From assembly GCF_964194155.1 (NCBI RefSeq), contig NC_135881.1, forward strand, positions 17,236,001-17,300,000: a DNA stretch of 64,000 bases, in the 5' to 3' direction. The position numbers were made by a program, and so were the translations under genes. The stretch comes from Cetorhinus maximus. Its lineage: Eukaryota. Positions 52,281-64,000 of this stretch are shown here, in pieces. The notes under the pieces were generated by a model. The model saw only the letters and a program-made list of their open reading frames with translations. It had not been told where the DNA came from and searched no databases. How positions within the stretch are numbered: position 1 is the stretch's first letter; each line of letters starts with the position of its first letter.

Positions 52281-52699
52281 AGAGAGAGAGAGAAAGGAGG
52301 AAGGAATATAGAAGAAAGACAGATAGACAAGAGAAATACAGGAGAAAGCAAGAGAGAAAGAAAGCAATAGAAACAGAAGATAGGAAGGAAGAAGAGGGGA
52401 AAAGATAGATACAGATAGACAAGAGAACATAGATAGATAGATGTGCTCATGATTAATTAATATATACATTATTGCATAGCATAATTTCCTATTAATTTTA
52501 ATTACTATTTTTCAAAGTGATTGCAATAAAAGGGTTTAAACATTTTGCTAGGTTACCTGGATTGGGATCAGTTCTCTCACTAAATATCACTGTCCTTCTA
52601 ATCCTCTAGTCACCTACTCCTGTGGTTGCTTTTTTTTAAAATTTTGTTTCGCTATCCGGAATAAGCAGATGGTTATAGGATTTATTTGACTAAGGGAGA

Positions 52700-53180
52700 G
52701 TGACAAAGGTTCACTAGGCTGGTTCCTGGGTTGGGGGGAATACTGTAACTGCGAGGAGAGATTGTGTGCACTCTGCCTACATTCCCCAGAGTTTAGGAGA
52801 ATGAGCGGTGATCTCGTTGAAATATCTAACCTTCTTCAGAGCGCTGTCAGGTTAGATGCTGAGAGGATTTACCCCGTCCGTGGAATCTAGAACTGGGGGG
52901 GCAATCATGTGGGAATAAGAGGCCGGCCAGTTAGGACTGGGATGAGGAGAAATTTCTTCCTCCAAGGGGTTGTGAATCTTTAACATTCTCTAACCCAGAG
53001 AGCCGTGGGTGCTCAGTCTTTGAGAATATTCAAGACAGAGGTGGATGGGTGTTTGGAGATTAAGAGATATGGTGGTGGGGGGTGGGAAGCAGGAAGGTAG
53101 AGTTGAGGTAAAAGTTCAGCCCCGATCTTACTAAGGACAGAGAAGGCTCGAAGGGCTGAATGGCCAATTCCAGCCTACCT
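52700..53180 (+). mobile_element. CR1 3' fragment
   Basis: GAGTTTAGGAGAATGAGCGGTGATCTC, ATGAGGAGAAATTTCTTC and tail. Confidence 0.85.
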
Positions 53181-54311
53181 GTGACAACTAATCCCTCTTC
53201 ATCCCCACCTGTTTCCAACATCCAAAAAGCAAAAAGCCTAAACCTTTCATCACCAGATGTCGACTGATTGACCTGATGTGGATTCCCAGTCGTTTGGGGT
53301 TAAGCAAACATTTATTTTCCGGGACTCCAATGTCCCATAAAAAAATACAATCAGCATATCCCCACCCTCACCCCGGCCCATCCTCTTCCAAACAAGACCA
53401 TGATGAGTGTAGTCTCGACCTTATCTTCTGCTACAATATAACCTGTCTTTTTTAATAATAAATCAGTGACGTGGGCTTGAAATGGTGGAAGGGGGTTCAA
53501 CAGAGAATGGAAAGAGAGCGAGAGAGAGAGAGAGAGAGCAAGAAGAGGATGAGGGGAGGTTGGAATTCCAATTGTCCCAGCACTCCAGGAAAGCACAATC
53601 CATTCCAGTATTTGTGTTTTATTTATTTTAAAAGTGTATCTTTTTCTGACGTTAATAGATGTCCCCAAGTCAGCCCTGACATGGCTGAGTTTTACTCGTG
53701 GCTTATATGTAATAAAGAGCCGTCCCTCGGAACATTGACGCTGACAAAAGTGTACTTAATGCTCTTTCCCTCCCCTGTTTAAGTTAAACAGCATTCAGTT
53801 ATTTAATAAGGTGCCATTTGGTGGTGAAATGGCTTGGTGCCTCTTCAAGCTGTATTAAAACAGGGGAGAAAATAAACAGCACAGTACATGATGGGGGTTG
53901 TGATTAAATTCCAGTTGAAGATTAACTGCCTCGTGTACAGTTCTGTTTCTTTTTTTTTAAATATCACCTTGAAACTAATCTGCACGGGTACCAATTTGGA
54001 TTTGTAGCCCCACCCCCACCCTTGGTGTGTGCCATGCAAATGTCTTAGTCAACAGCTCCCCCTATCTGTCATCTGGGACATTTTCCCAGTCGTGATGCGA
54101 TTAACCAGATGATTCAGTCCCTATGATAGGAATGTTATGTGATCCTTTTCCTGTAAAGCACGCACTTAGGCTGAAACTTCACCACACGCTGCCGCAGATC
54201 TACAGTCACCACAAGGCCAGCTTTGTTATCAAAAGTCGAGACGTGTGGTCATTTATGTAGTGAGATTTAATCCTTGGCTCTATGCCACGCTCCAGAGGCT
54301 TGAGCACATAG

Positions 54312-54449
54312 ATAAAAGCGAAATACTGCGGATGCTGGAAATCTGAGACAAAAACAAAAACTGCTGGAAAAACTCAGCAGGTCTGAGACAGCATCTGTGG
54401 AGCCAAAGACAGAGTTAACGCATCGAGTCCCTCCGACTCTTCTTCAGAA
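54312..54449 (-). mobile_element. Short Penelope-type hammerhead-bearing insertion with target-site duplication
   Basis: 13-bp TSD CTTGAGCACATAG (54299-54311, 54450-54462); minus strand begins TTCTGAAGA-AGAGTCGGAGGGACTC-GATGCGTTAAC. Confidence 0.85.
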
Positions 54450-54464
54450 CTTGAGCACATAGCC

Positions 54465-54970
54465 TGGACTGAGAGAGTGCAGAGGAGGTTTACAAGAATG
54501 TTGCCAGGGTTAGAAAAGTGTAGCTACTAGGAGAGATTGAATAGGTTGGGGTTATTTTCCCTGGAACAAAGAAGGCTGAGAGGGGACTTGATTGAGGTGT
54601 ACAAAATTATGAGGGGAATAGATAGAGTGGACAGGATAAAATTGTTTCCCTTGGTGGAGAATTCTAGAACCAGGGGACATAGATTCAAGATAAGTGGCAG
54701 AGGGTGTAGGGGGGTTACATGAGGAAGAACTTTTTTATGCAAAGGGTAGTGGGTGTCTGGAATTCACTGCCCAAGTTGGTGGTCGAGGCAGAAACTTTAA
54801 ACTCTTTTAAAAAATACCTGGATCTGCACCTTAAGTGCTGTAAGCTACAGGGCTATGGGCCGGGTGCAGGAAGGTGGGATTAGAAAGGGCACCTGGGTGT
54901 CCTCGGGCTGGCATAGACAAGATGGGCCGAATGGCCTCCTTCTGTGCTGTAACTTTTCCATGGTTCTATG
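54465..54970 (+). mobile_element. CR1 3' fragment nested in a Deu-SINE
   Basis: NRLGLFSLEQRRLRGDLIEVYKIMRGIDRVDRIKLFPLVENSRTRGHRFKI. Confidence 0.92.
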
Positions 54971-57270
54971 TGCAGTGTTGAAGGCGGGCTGCAGTGTCGG
55001 ATCAGACATTAAATGGAGCTCCCGTCGGCTCCCTCAGGGCAGATGGGGAAGATCCCGTGGCACTTTTTTGGAGAAGAACAGGGAGTTTCTTCCTGATGTC
55101 CTGGCCAATATTTATCCCTCAAGTTATCTGACCAATAGTGCAAGGCTCTTTGTGGGAGCTTGCTGTGCATAAAGTGGTTGCTATGATTCCCACATTATGG
55201 GTAGGCGGGAGGCAGTAGCATAGTGGTATTGTCACTAGACTAGTATTCCAGAGACCCAGGGTAATGACAGATAGTGGAATTCAAATGAATAAAAACCTGG
55301 AATTAAAAGCCTGATGAAAACCATTGCTGATTGTCATAAAAGCCCATCTGGTTCACTGATAGAAATCTACTGTCCTCACCTGGTCTGCCCTACATGTAAT
55401 TTCAGACCCACAGCAATGTGGTTGACTTTTAAATGCCCTCTGAACAAGGGTTGGGCAATAAATGCTGGCCTAGCCAGTGATGCCCACATCCCATGGACAA
55501 ATATAAAAAAAAATTACAGTGCCTACACTGTGAAAGGTGATGCCTTGAGGTTGTGAAAGGCTCTGTCCATTGCAAGTCTTTCTTTTCTTGAGTTGTATGT
55601 GTGGTTTGTTACATGTAAGGCTCTAGTAATGGATTCTAACTTTTCCCTCTTCACAGCTCTGCAATATAATAACTCCGCTGTGAAAGCAAACAGGCTTGGG
55701 AAATTGGGTAGCACAGTGTGTTAGGTACTTTAGTTTCTGGCACATGTATTCAATCCAGCTCACACTAATGGGTTGAAATTCCTCACTGAGAATCCCATAT
55801 GAATTACGTTTCACCAGTGCTATTCCAGTTTGTCATCCTGTATTTAAGGGAAGTGATAACATTTCCCCGTGCCCCCACCCCCACCCCCACACCCAAGTTC
55901 AACACTAATTTTCCCTAACGAGGCCATAGGCTTGACGTGGGAAATGGAAAATGCCACGGTAGCACAGAAGAGGCACTCTCCTGTAATAAGATCTGTCAAC
56001 CCTCCTTCGATATGGGTGTGGTGCCAGAGGAGTGGAGCGTTGCAAACATCATGTCCCTGTTCAAAACGCAGGAAGAGGGATAAATGCAGCACCTGCAGGC
56101 AAATCAGCCTAATGGCAGAGGTGGGAGATGTCCTAGGGGTGGGTAACCCAGAACTAAACTGGGGATGGGTAACCCAGAACTAAATTAACTGTCACTGAAA
56201 AAAACTGCGTGCCAGATTGGATTTTTTCTGAAGGCAAGTCACGCCTGACAAAGTGAATTAAATTCTTTGAAGAAGCAATGGAGAGCGTTAATGGGGTTAA
56301 TGTGCTGATATTGAGCATATGAACTACCCAAAGGTGTTCATTGTGATTTAGTGGGTGCTTCGCTTGCTTCTAAATCAAAAGGTTGTTAGCTTAAGTTTCA
56401 TTTCGAGGCTGATACTCCAGTGAAGAGCTGAGAGGGTGCCGCACTATCAAAGGTGCTTGTCTTTTAGATGAGAAACGGAGAATCTGCCCTCTCAGGTGGA
56501 TGCTGAAGATCCCATGGCACCATTCCAAACAAGAGCAAGGGGAGCTATCCCCAGTGGCCTGGCCGATATTTATCCCTGAAACAAGGTGATAAAAACATTA
56601 TCTGGTTATCATTACATTGGTGAGCTTGCTGTGTGCAAATTGGCTGCTGTGTTTTCCAGATTACAACAGCGACTACACTTCAAAAAATATTTCATTGGCC
56701 GTAAAGCGCTTTGGGACATCCAGTGGTCACAAAAGATGCTATATAAATGCAAATCATTTTTTTATACAATGAAGTGCTACATAATGGATTTGCCGGCAAA
56801 ATTGAAACCCATGGAATGAGAACAGCAGTGGAAGCATTGAGAGAAAATTAAATAAGAGGTGGAAAACACAGAGCTGTTGTTTTCAGACTGAAAGGAAGTA
56901 TACAGTGCTGTTGTCCCGGGTCCATTATTATGACCACTGTTCTTTGTCAGATACATTAATGACCCGGACTTGGGTATACAGGGTGTCATTTTAAAGTTTG
57001 CAGATGATACAAAAGTTGCGAATGGACATAGGCAGAGAGGTGAAAAAGTTAAGGCACGTGACAGATGAAATTTAGCACAGAGAAGTGTGGAATGACGAAT
57101 GGTGACAGGAAGATTGAGGAGAGGCAATACAACCAGTTACATATAGAAATACATTCAATATTCAGTCAAGTAGCTGATTTTTGTGAGCATTAATAAAAGT
57201 ATGGCGGCCAGTGCGCAGGAGCTAGCAAAACATGGCCGACTTGGCTGTGTCCCTGTCACCTCAAGACTGT

Positions 57271-57471
57271 TGTCGCCATTGGAGAAATGGGAATACAGCA
57301 AATTGAATTCTGTGGACTGTGACTGTGGAGAGGAACCCCAAACGATGAAACACCTCCTAGAATGGCCTCTATTACCAGAGCCATGCAGCCTTGAAGATCT
57401 GAAGGTCTTCAATTCTCGAGCCAGAGCCTGCATGGAAAAGTGGCGAAGGAAGGGTATAGCGACATAACAAG
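57271..57471 (+). mobile_element. 5'-truncated Vingi/Ingi-like LINE 3' end
   Basis: KWEYSKLNSVDCDCGEEPQTMKHLLEWPLLPEPCSLEDL (C-x-C..H..C-type finger), very short 3'UTR ending AAGAAG, 8-bp flanking duplication AAGACTGT (57263-57270, 57472-57479). Confidence 0.72.
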
Positions 57472-57724
57472 AAGACTGTACCCTTATACTCATATATCAA
57501 TCGTGGCTCAGAGGGTAGCATTCTCATTTCTGCATCAGCAAGTTGTGAGTTGACATTCCACTCCATCAGCATAAAGTCCAGCGTAACACTCCAGTGCAAT
57601 ACTGAGGGAGTGCCTCACCTTTCAGATGAGATATTAATTGCCCCATCTGCTCTCTCTGGTGGATGTAATATATGCCTTTTGAAAAAGGGCATGGGAGTTC
57701 TATACTGACACTTATCCCTCAACC

Positions 57725-58066
57725 AGGAGATGCAGGAAGGATGTTTCCCCTTACTGAGGGATCTAGAACCAGGGGACACAGTCTCAGAATAAGGGGCAGG
57801 TCATTTAGGACTGAGATGAGGCAGTATTTCGGCACTCAGAGGGTGGTGAATCTTTGGAATTCTCTACCCCAGAGGGCTTTGGAGGCTCAGACATTGAGTA
57901 AGTTCAAGACTGAGATCAATAAATTTCTACTTATTAAAAACATCAAGGGATACAGGATAGTGCAGGAAAATGGTGTTGAAGTAAGCGATCAGCCATGATC
58001 TAACTGAATGATGGAGCGGACTCAAAGGACTGAATGGCCTACTCCTGCTCCTATTCCCGATGCTCT
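57725..58066 (+). mobile_element. CR1 3' fragment nested in a Deu-SINE
   Basis: DAGRMFPLTEGSRTRGHSLRIRGRSFRTEMRQYFGTQRVVNLWNSLPQ; AACCA on both sides. Confidence 0.9.
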
Positions 58067-58502
58067 TAACCAACATCGCTGGAAAAATATTATCTGATCA
58101 TCATCACCTTGCTGTTTATGGGAGTTTACTGTGCACAAATTGGCTGCTACATTTCCTACGTGTGCAACAGCAACTATAATTTTTAAGAATTCATCCTTGG
58201 AATGTGAACGTCATTGGCAAGGCCAGCATTTATTGCCTTTGAGCTGAGTGGCCTGCTATGTCATTTCAGAGGGTAATTAATATTGCTACAACTCTGGAGT
58301 CACATGTAGGCCGGGTTGGGTAAGGACAGCAGGTTTTCTCCTCTGAAGGGCATCGTGAATGCGATGGGTTTTTGTGACAATCAATGGTTATTATTAATGA
58401 GACTATCATTTTCAGATTCATTAATTGAATTTAAATCCCCTCCGGCTGCAATGGTTGGATTTAAACTCATGTCCCTCACCATTAGTCCAGGCCTCTGGGT
58501 TA

Positions 58503-58862
58503 CTACAAGATGCACTGCAGGAAATCACCAAGGCTCCTTCGACAGCACCTTCCAAACCCACGATCACTACCACCTAGAAGGACAAGGGCAGCAGACGCAT
58601 GGGAACACCACCACCTGGAAGTTCCCTTCCAAGCCACACACCATCCTGACTTGGAAATATATCGCCCTTCCTTCACTGTCGCTGGATCAAAATCCTGGAA
58701 TCCTTCCCTAACAGCACTGTGGGTGTACCTGCACCGCATGGACTGCAGCGGTTCAAGAAGGCAGTTCACCACCCCCTTCTCAAGGGCAATTAGGGATGGG
58801 CAAAAAAATGCTGGCCTAGTCAGTGAAGCCCACATCCCATGAATGAATGAATAAGAAAAAAT
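58503..58862 (+). mobile_element. CR1/L2-group LINE 3' end nested in a tRNA SINE
   Basis: YKMHCRKSPRLLRQHLPNPRSLPPRRTRAADAWEHHH plus tail. Confidence 0.9.
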
Positions 58863-59569
58863 TCGTCTCCAGTAACATCACCACAATGCTACCGTCCCCA
58901 AATCGAAAAGTGCTTTGTAAAATCCTGGAAGATTGTAAAAGGCACAATATAATTGAAAGTTTTTATTTCACAACATTTTTATTGTTTTCCTGTAGCTGAC
59001 TAGCCACTTAATGGGTATAATTGTAGAATAAAGCATTAAGCTAGCTCCGCGCAATATTGGATGACAGCTCAGCGGGTTGCGGAAATACATTTTATCAACA
59101 ACTGCAAATGCTAAAACAACAGCAAAGTATAAACGCAGGAGCATAACAACGGGAGGAGGCCATTCATCCCCTCAAGCCTATTCCTCCGTCTCCTAGGACC
59201 ATGGTTCATCTGCATCTTACCTTGTTTTCATCACTCTGAATACCCTTGGCTAACAAAAATCCATCAGCCTCTGTCTTGAAGCTTTCGACTGGCTGCCAGC
59301 CTCATCTGCCGTTTTGCTGACTGTTGTGTGCGCTCTGGACACCAACCCTGGAGCGAACTCTAGTTTTAAGGTTATGCCACCTGGTTCTGGGCTTCCCGGC
59401 CAGAAGAATCAGTTTCTCTCCACCTCCCCCACCAAATCGTTTAATTATCCTAAACACCTCCATTAGATTACCCCTTAATCTTCTATACTCGTCTATAACC
59501 CATTCTCACCATTTACCACTTTAGCCCTTTGTCTGTTGTAAAAGAAAGCAGTTGTCAATGATGTAACAA

Positions 59570-60030
59570 CAACTTATATTCATTAAGTGCATTTAATATA
59601 ATGAAACGTCCCTAGGCACTTCACGGGAGCATTATAAAATAATGTATGAAACTGAGGCCACCTAAGGAAATATTAGGTCGCGTGACCGAAAGCTTGGTCA
59701 ACGAGGTAGGTTTTAAGGAGTGTCTTAAAGGAGGAAAGGAAGGCAGAGGATCCGAGAGGTGAAGGGAGAGAATTCCCGAACTTGGGGCCAAGGCAACTGA
59801 AGGCACAGCAACCAATGGAGGAGCGATTAAAATCAGTGATGCGCAAAAGGCCAGAATTTAGAGGAGGAGCACAGATATCTCAGAGGATTGCGGGGCTGGA
59901 GGAGGTGACAGAGATAGGGACAGGCGAGGCCATGGAGGGATTTGAAAACAAGGAGGAGAATTTTAAAATCAAGACATTGCTTGACCAGGAGCCAATGTAG
60001 GTCGGCGAGCACAGGGGTGATAACTAGGTG
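59570..60030 (-). mobile_element. L2 LINE 3' end
   Basis: ITPVLADLHWLLVKQCLDFKILLLVFKSLHGLACPYL, a classic L2 ORF2 C-terminal motif. Confidence 0.9.
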
Positions 60031-60760
60031 CAACTTGATACATCAAAGATAACTTTATTTATATAGAGAGTTGTTAGCAGGACACATTTTTGCCCATGGG
60101 AAGAAACCCCAACACTGTTTTATCTCTCATAGTGATACATCTGGGATCTTCTCTTCTTTAAACTCTCCAAATTCAACTCTGACCAGCACTGTCAAGCTCA
60201 TGATGACTAGGCAGCCATGGATTGTTGCAGGAGTTTACCAATAACAGCCTGGTAGCAGGACTTAAAACAAGCTTATTACTCACTTTTAGCTAATGTTTGC
60301 TAATCCATTTCTACAGACGTACGAATCCTCAGATCAGCAATTAACACAGACCAATAAGTCCATTAGTGGTTTCAGCTGAAAAGGCATGGCTAACTTAAGT
60401 TTACTTTACGATTTAAAAAGCAACAGGAAAAGTCATGGCTTTTTACATTTTTAAGTTGTAATGTGACAAAAAAGTGTATTTTTCAACTTTATTCTTCAAA
60501 ATCCTGTAACATAACAATCGCCTTCTGCTAGTGTAATAAAACGCTATTTCCCCCTTGAAACACAAGTATCCCCTCTGCTTCACATCTACCCAACTGTAAT
60601 GTTTGAGACATGAGTATTTTAATTGTTTCACAATCTCTTTACAATGATGACGTCCTGACAATAAGCTTTCAAGTCATTTACCAGAGCTTAATTGTTGAAT
60701 TGCAGTAAATGGTATATTAGAAATGGTGTCCATTAAGAGTACTGGCACCATTGACCTTAC

Positions 60761-60833
60761 CAACCTCTTCCAACTCCTTCAGTCCAGCATTATCCCTATC
60801 TATGTCGATATCCCGCTCCGCAGACATGTCCAT
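60761..60833 (-). CDS. Putative first coding segment of an unidentified host gene (exon 60761-60897)
   Basis: Acceptor TACTTTACAG| at 60897, in-frame upstream TAG, Kozak-like GTAATGG, MDMSAERDIDIDRDNAGLKELEEV then phase-1 donor TTG|GTAAGG; lies in non-repetitive sequence. Confidence 0.55.
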
Positions 60834-61599
60834 TACGCTCAAGCCATGAATGATAACATGTCCAATGTTGCAATCAAACTATGTTAGACAATGATTCCTG
60901 TAAAGTATATACTACTTATGATGGTAAATGCTATCAATCAGCAGTAAATTAGATATAGAATAATGGATACTTGGGAGTGATTGCAAAGCTATAATGCAAT
61001 CAAAGTATTAAGATGATCTCATAAACCAATAAAGCAACACTCAAGTAATTAATAATTGTTCAAATATTTGGGTGATTTTACAACCTTCAACTAAGTCTCC
61101 TGTCATCAGTTATTCCAATTTCCCTTAGCATTGCAAATGGCAGGTCAAGATTTACAGTGAAGTGGGTTGGATGACATGGAGTAATTGGACCTGGGCACAG
61201 CGATGTAACCCAATCCCCATTTTAAAGTCATTTGTTCTGTCTGTATTTTTACCTGATACTTTTACTCTATGTTATCATTTATAGGTAAATAACAGCCTGT
61301 GCAGAAATTTGGGAAACAGCGTAGTAGTGTATATGAGCGCAGATTAAAGAACTAGGAGACACACAACTGCAGTATTAGGGTTCACCACTGATGCAAGATC
61401 GTCCGAACTGGGTGACAATTTATAGAGGAAGCCTCCAACATAAAGGTGGATATAAGGCTTTATAATGGCAAAAGCTGGCATTACCGGAGGTAATGTATTG
61501 TAGTCAGCAAGTGTTTACAGGCATAAGATTTGTAAACTAATTTAGATATTGTCTTCTCAAGGGCAGTTAGGGATGAGCAATAAATGCTGGCTGTGCCAA

Positions 61600-62485
61600 T
61601 GTGATGGAATCTGTGGTTTGAGAGGTTGTTTTTTTAGATTGATCCCAACCAAGAAGGGAAACCGAAAAGGGAAACCGAAAAAGGAAACCAAGTCTTCCAG
61701 TTTCCAAGGAAACTAGTGCTCAAACTGAGATTGGAAACCAAGGGCAGAATTTTATGCCAGCGGGATTTTACTGTCCCACTAAAGTCAATGGAGTTTTGAA
61801 CGGCTCACTGCATTTTACGGCCCCTCCCTCACCATGGCGAGGCCGTAAAATGCCGCCCCAAAACTTCTAGGGAGACTGAACCTGGTTGAAACATATCAAA
61901 GGGCTCAGAGCCATCCAAGCGCAGCAGCAGATGTTCATTCCAGTGGTACAGGACAGGCAAGCTGAAGAAGACAGAGGCTGGATGCAGAAGTTGAGAATAA
62001 ACAATGATACAGTTGCTGCAGATGATGATAACATTAGTGGATCTACACCACCCAGACTGTTGCAAGCAGAGCTGAGGAGGTTCTGCAGACGTGTGCCATT
62101 TTTGGTGAAGGCCGTGCCCTTGGAACTCAGGTTAAATCCTGGAAGAAGTAGCTGAGGAAGACAGAGTTTTGAAGGACTTTGTGACTGAGATTGATGACAT
62201 ATATGCTGCCAATTCACAAGATCTGTCTTAGCTGTATCTGCCGTTTAATGTATAATTTATAGTTTATAATTAACAGCAATCTGCTGTTATTTCAAGTTTA
62301 ACTTATATTGATTTTGGGCTTTGGAGATGGTTACACAAGATAGTATTTTGTGTTTGCTTTGTTTGACTCTTGTACAGTAAAAATTCTTTTGGTTTAAACT
62401 TTGGAATCTTGTGGTTTCATTCAGTGAGTAAATAACTGGGATTTCGGGTTTTTTCCCTTTTTCAAAAAAAGTTACTGGTCTGGGG
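61600..62485 (+). mobile_element. Probable solo LTR containing a MITE
   Basis: Starts TGTGATGG, T-rich 3' part with AGTAAA; 3' CA terminus and TSD not found. Confidence 0.45.
61742..61858. mobile_element. Short Harbinger-type MITE
   Basis: TIRs GGGCAGAATTTTA / TAAAATGCCGCCC with perfect 3-bp TSD CAA. Confidence 0.85.
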
Positions 62486-62739
62486 ACGGGCTGGGGACTT
62501 TACATTTCTCAGCAGGTTGCAGGAGGCAGAGCAGAAATGGAGGGGCCCAGTCCCTCCTGTCCACGTCAACTCTGCACAACCAATCCTGTGTCAGATGGCC
62601 AATTAGTGGCCATCAGCAGGAAGGAGGCCAATTATAGATGCAAACCTTTTCCCTTGCTCCCGTCCAACCTTGCAGTTATTATCAGGGCCTGTTTTTAGAT
62701 GCCACAATATAGTCAGCTCTTGCGATGTAGTGTTGGATG

Positions 62740-63092
62740 ATCACAAGTTTATGTAGGGTGGGAAACAGAAACGGAAAGCACTGGAATAGCCTCGAGTAAC
62801 AAGAGCAGGGATGAAGGTTTCAGCAGCAGACAGACTGAGTCCAGGATGAAGTAGACAATCTTGGTATTGGAGCAGATGTATGATCGGAGGTTCATCACAG
62901 AGTCGAACGCAGCATCAGCATTACAAACAGTCTAGTTCGACTTCAGACTGCTGTCAGGGAGAGGAATGGGAATAATGGTCAAGGAGCTGAGTTTGAGGCA
63001 GGGATCAAAGGCAATGGCTTCGGTCTTCCCAATATTTAGTTCAAGGAAATTTCTGCTCATCCAATACTGGATGACAGACAAGCAGTCCAATC
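62740..63092 (-). mobile_element. L2 LINE RT C-terminal fragment
   Basis: Minus strand CLSVIQYWMSRNFLELNIGKTEAIAF. Confidence 0.8.
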
Positions 63093-64000
63093 ACCACAAT
63101 GGCAGTTAAACTTTAAATGAACTTCATTGGCAGTAAAGCATTTGAGGAGGTCCTGGGGTCATAGCGGGTGCTATATAAATGCACATCTATCTTTTCAATC
63201 CAGAAGGTCTGAACTAATAAACCAGAACATGAGAACAGGTTAAGAATTAAATATAACTTATTTTTTAAGGTTGAAATTAAAAAGCTGGCATTAGTAAAAG
63301 TAAGTGTGAAGTTGTTGAATTATCATAACTAACTTACTAATGTCCTTTTGAGGAAGGAAATCTGCTGTCCTTACCAAGCCTGGCAGACATATGACTCTAG
63401 TCCCTCACCATGTGGTTGATTGCCCTCTACAGTAGCCTAGCAAGCACATGAAGTGGGGTGGAATGGTGATGCAGTGGTTATATCACTGGGCTTGTAATTC
63501 AGAGACCCAGGCTAATGGTCTGGGGACATAAGTTCAAATCTCAGTACAGCTGGTGAAATTGAAGTTCAGTTGCAAAGTCTAGAAACTCAGCAATGGTGAC
63601 CATGAAACTATCATTAATTGCTGTTAAAAACCCGTCTACATCAATTTGAGACAGACTTGAAAGCATGCATTTAAACTGTGTAGAAATACAATACACTATG
63701 GGCATGTTTTCTTTGCCCAGACAGTACAAGACCCTTAGAATAAGTTGCCAGCTCATGTGGTGTGTGCTGAAGAGAATTAGATTGATATTTTTCTCAGGCA
63801 GTGATCACATCTTATGTGAGGTAACGATCCACCAGTTAACTTAATCAAAAATCAGTGTTCAATCAAAAAAAACCTACTCTTTAGTATCTTAAATGCATGA
63901 TCTCTAGTCCACCTCAATCTGTCAGAGTGAAATAGCTTATCAGGAATTATGCTATTCATTATTTTATACACCTCAATAAGGCACCTTTTCCCTGCTCTCA

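Noticed and set aside
56135-56186. Small local duplications (also 27750-27797 and 61654-61690)
   Set aside because: Two or three copies of 13-25 bp, consistent with slippage; no further structure.

Overview
Eukaryotic, repeat-dense DNA. The repeat families (CR1, a second CR1/L2-group LINE, L2, Deu-domain SINEs, Penelope-type hammerhead repeats, Harbinger elements) point to a cartilaginous fish, probably a shark; this is inferred from family recognition, not a database search. No intact long protein-coding gene is present and nearly all long ORFs in the track are repeat artefacts. The main structure is a ~12.4-kb imperfect palindrome (about 5443-17875) built from two decayed Harbinger/PIF units, each with a 3-exon Myb/SANT gene and a HARBI1-type transposase, in mirror image. 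It contains a ~1.25-kb near-identical inverted tract and sits between two related minisatellite arrays. Also present: a tandem pair of Tx1 LINE 3' halves, a 3.9-kb 18/19-bp minisatellite with higher-order structure, a fragmented Penelope-like element, several minimal hammerhead motifs, MITEs and solo LTRs. A CpG-containing region at 48-52 kb plus an exon at 60.8 kb probably marks the multi-promoter 5' end of an unidentified minus-strand host gene. Coordinates and identities were read by eye and are approximate.
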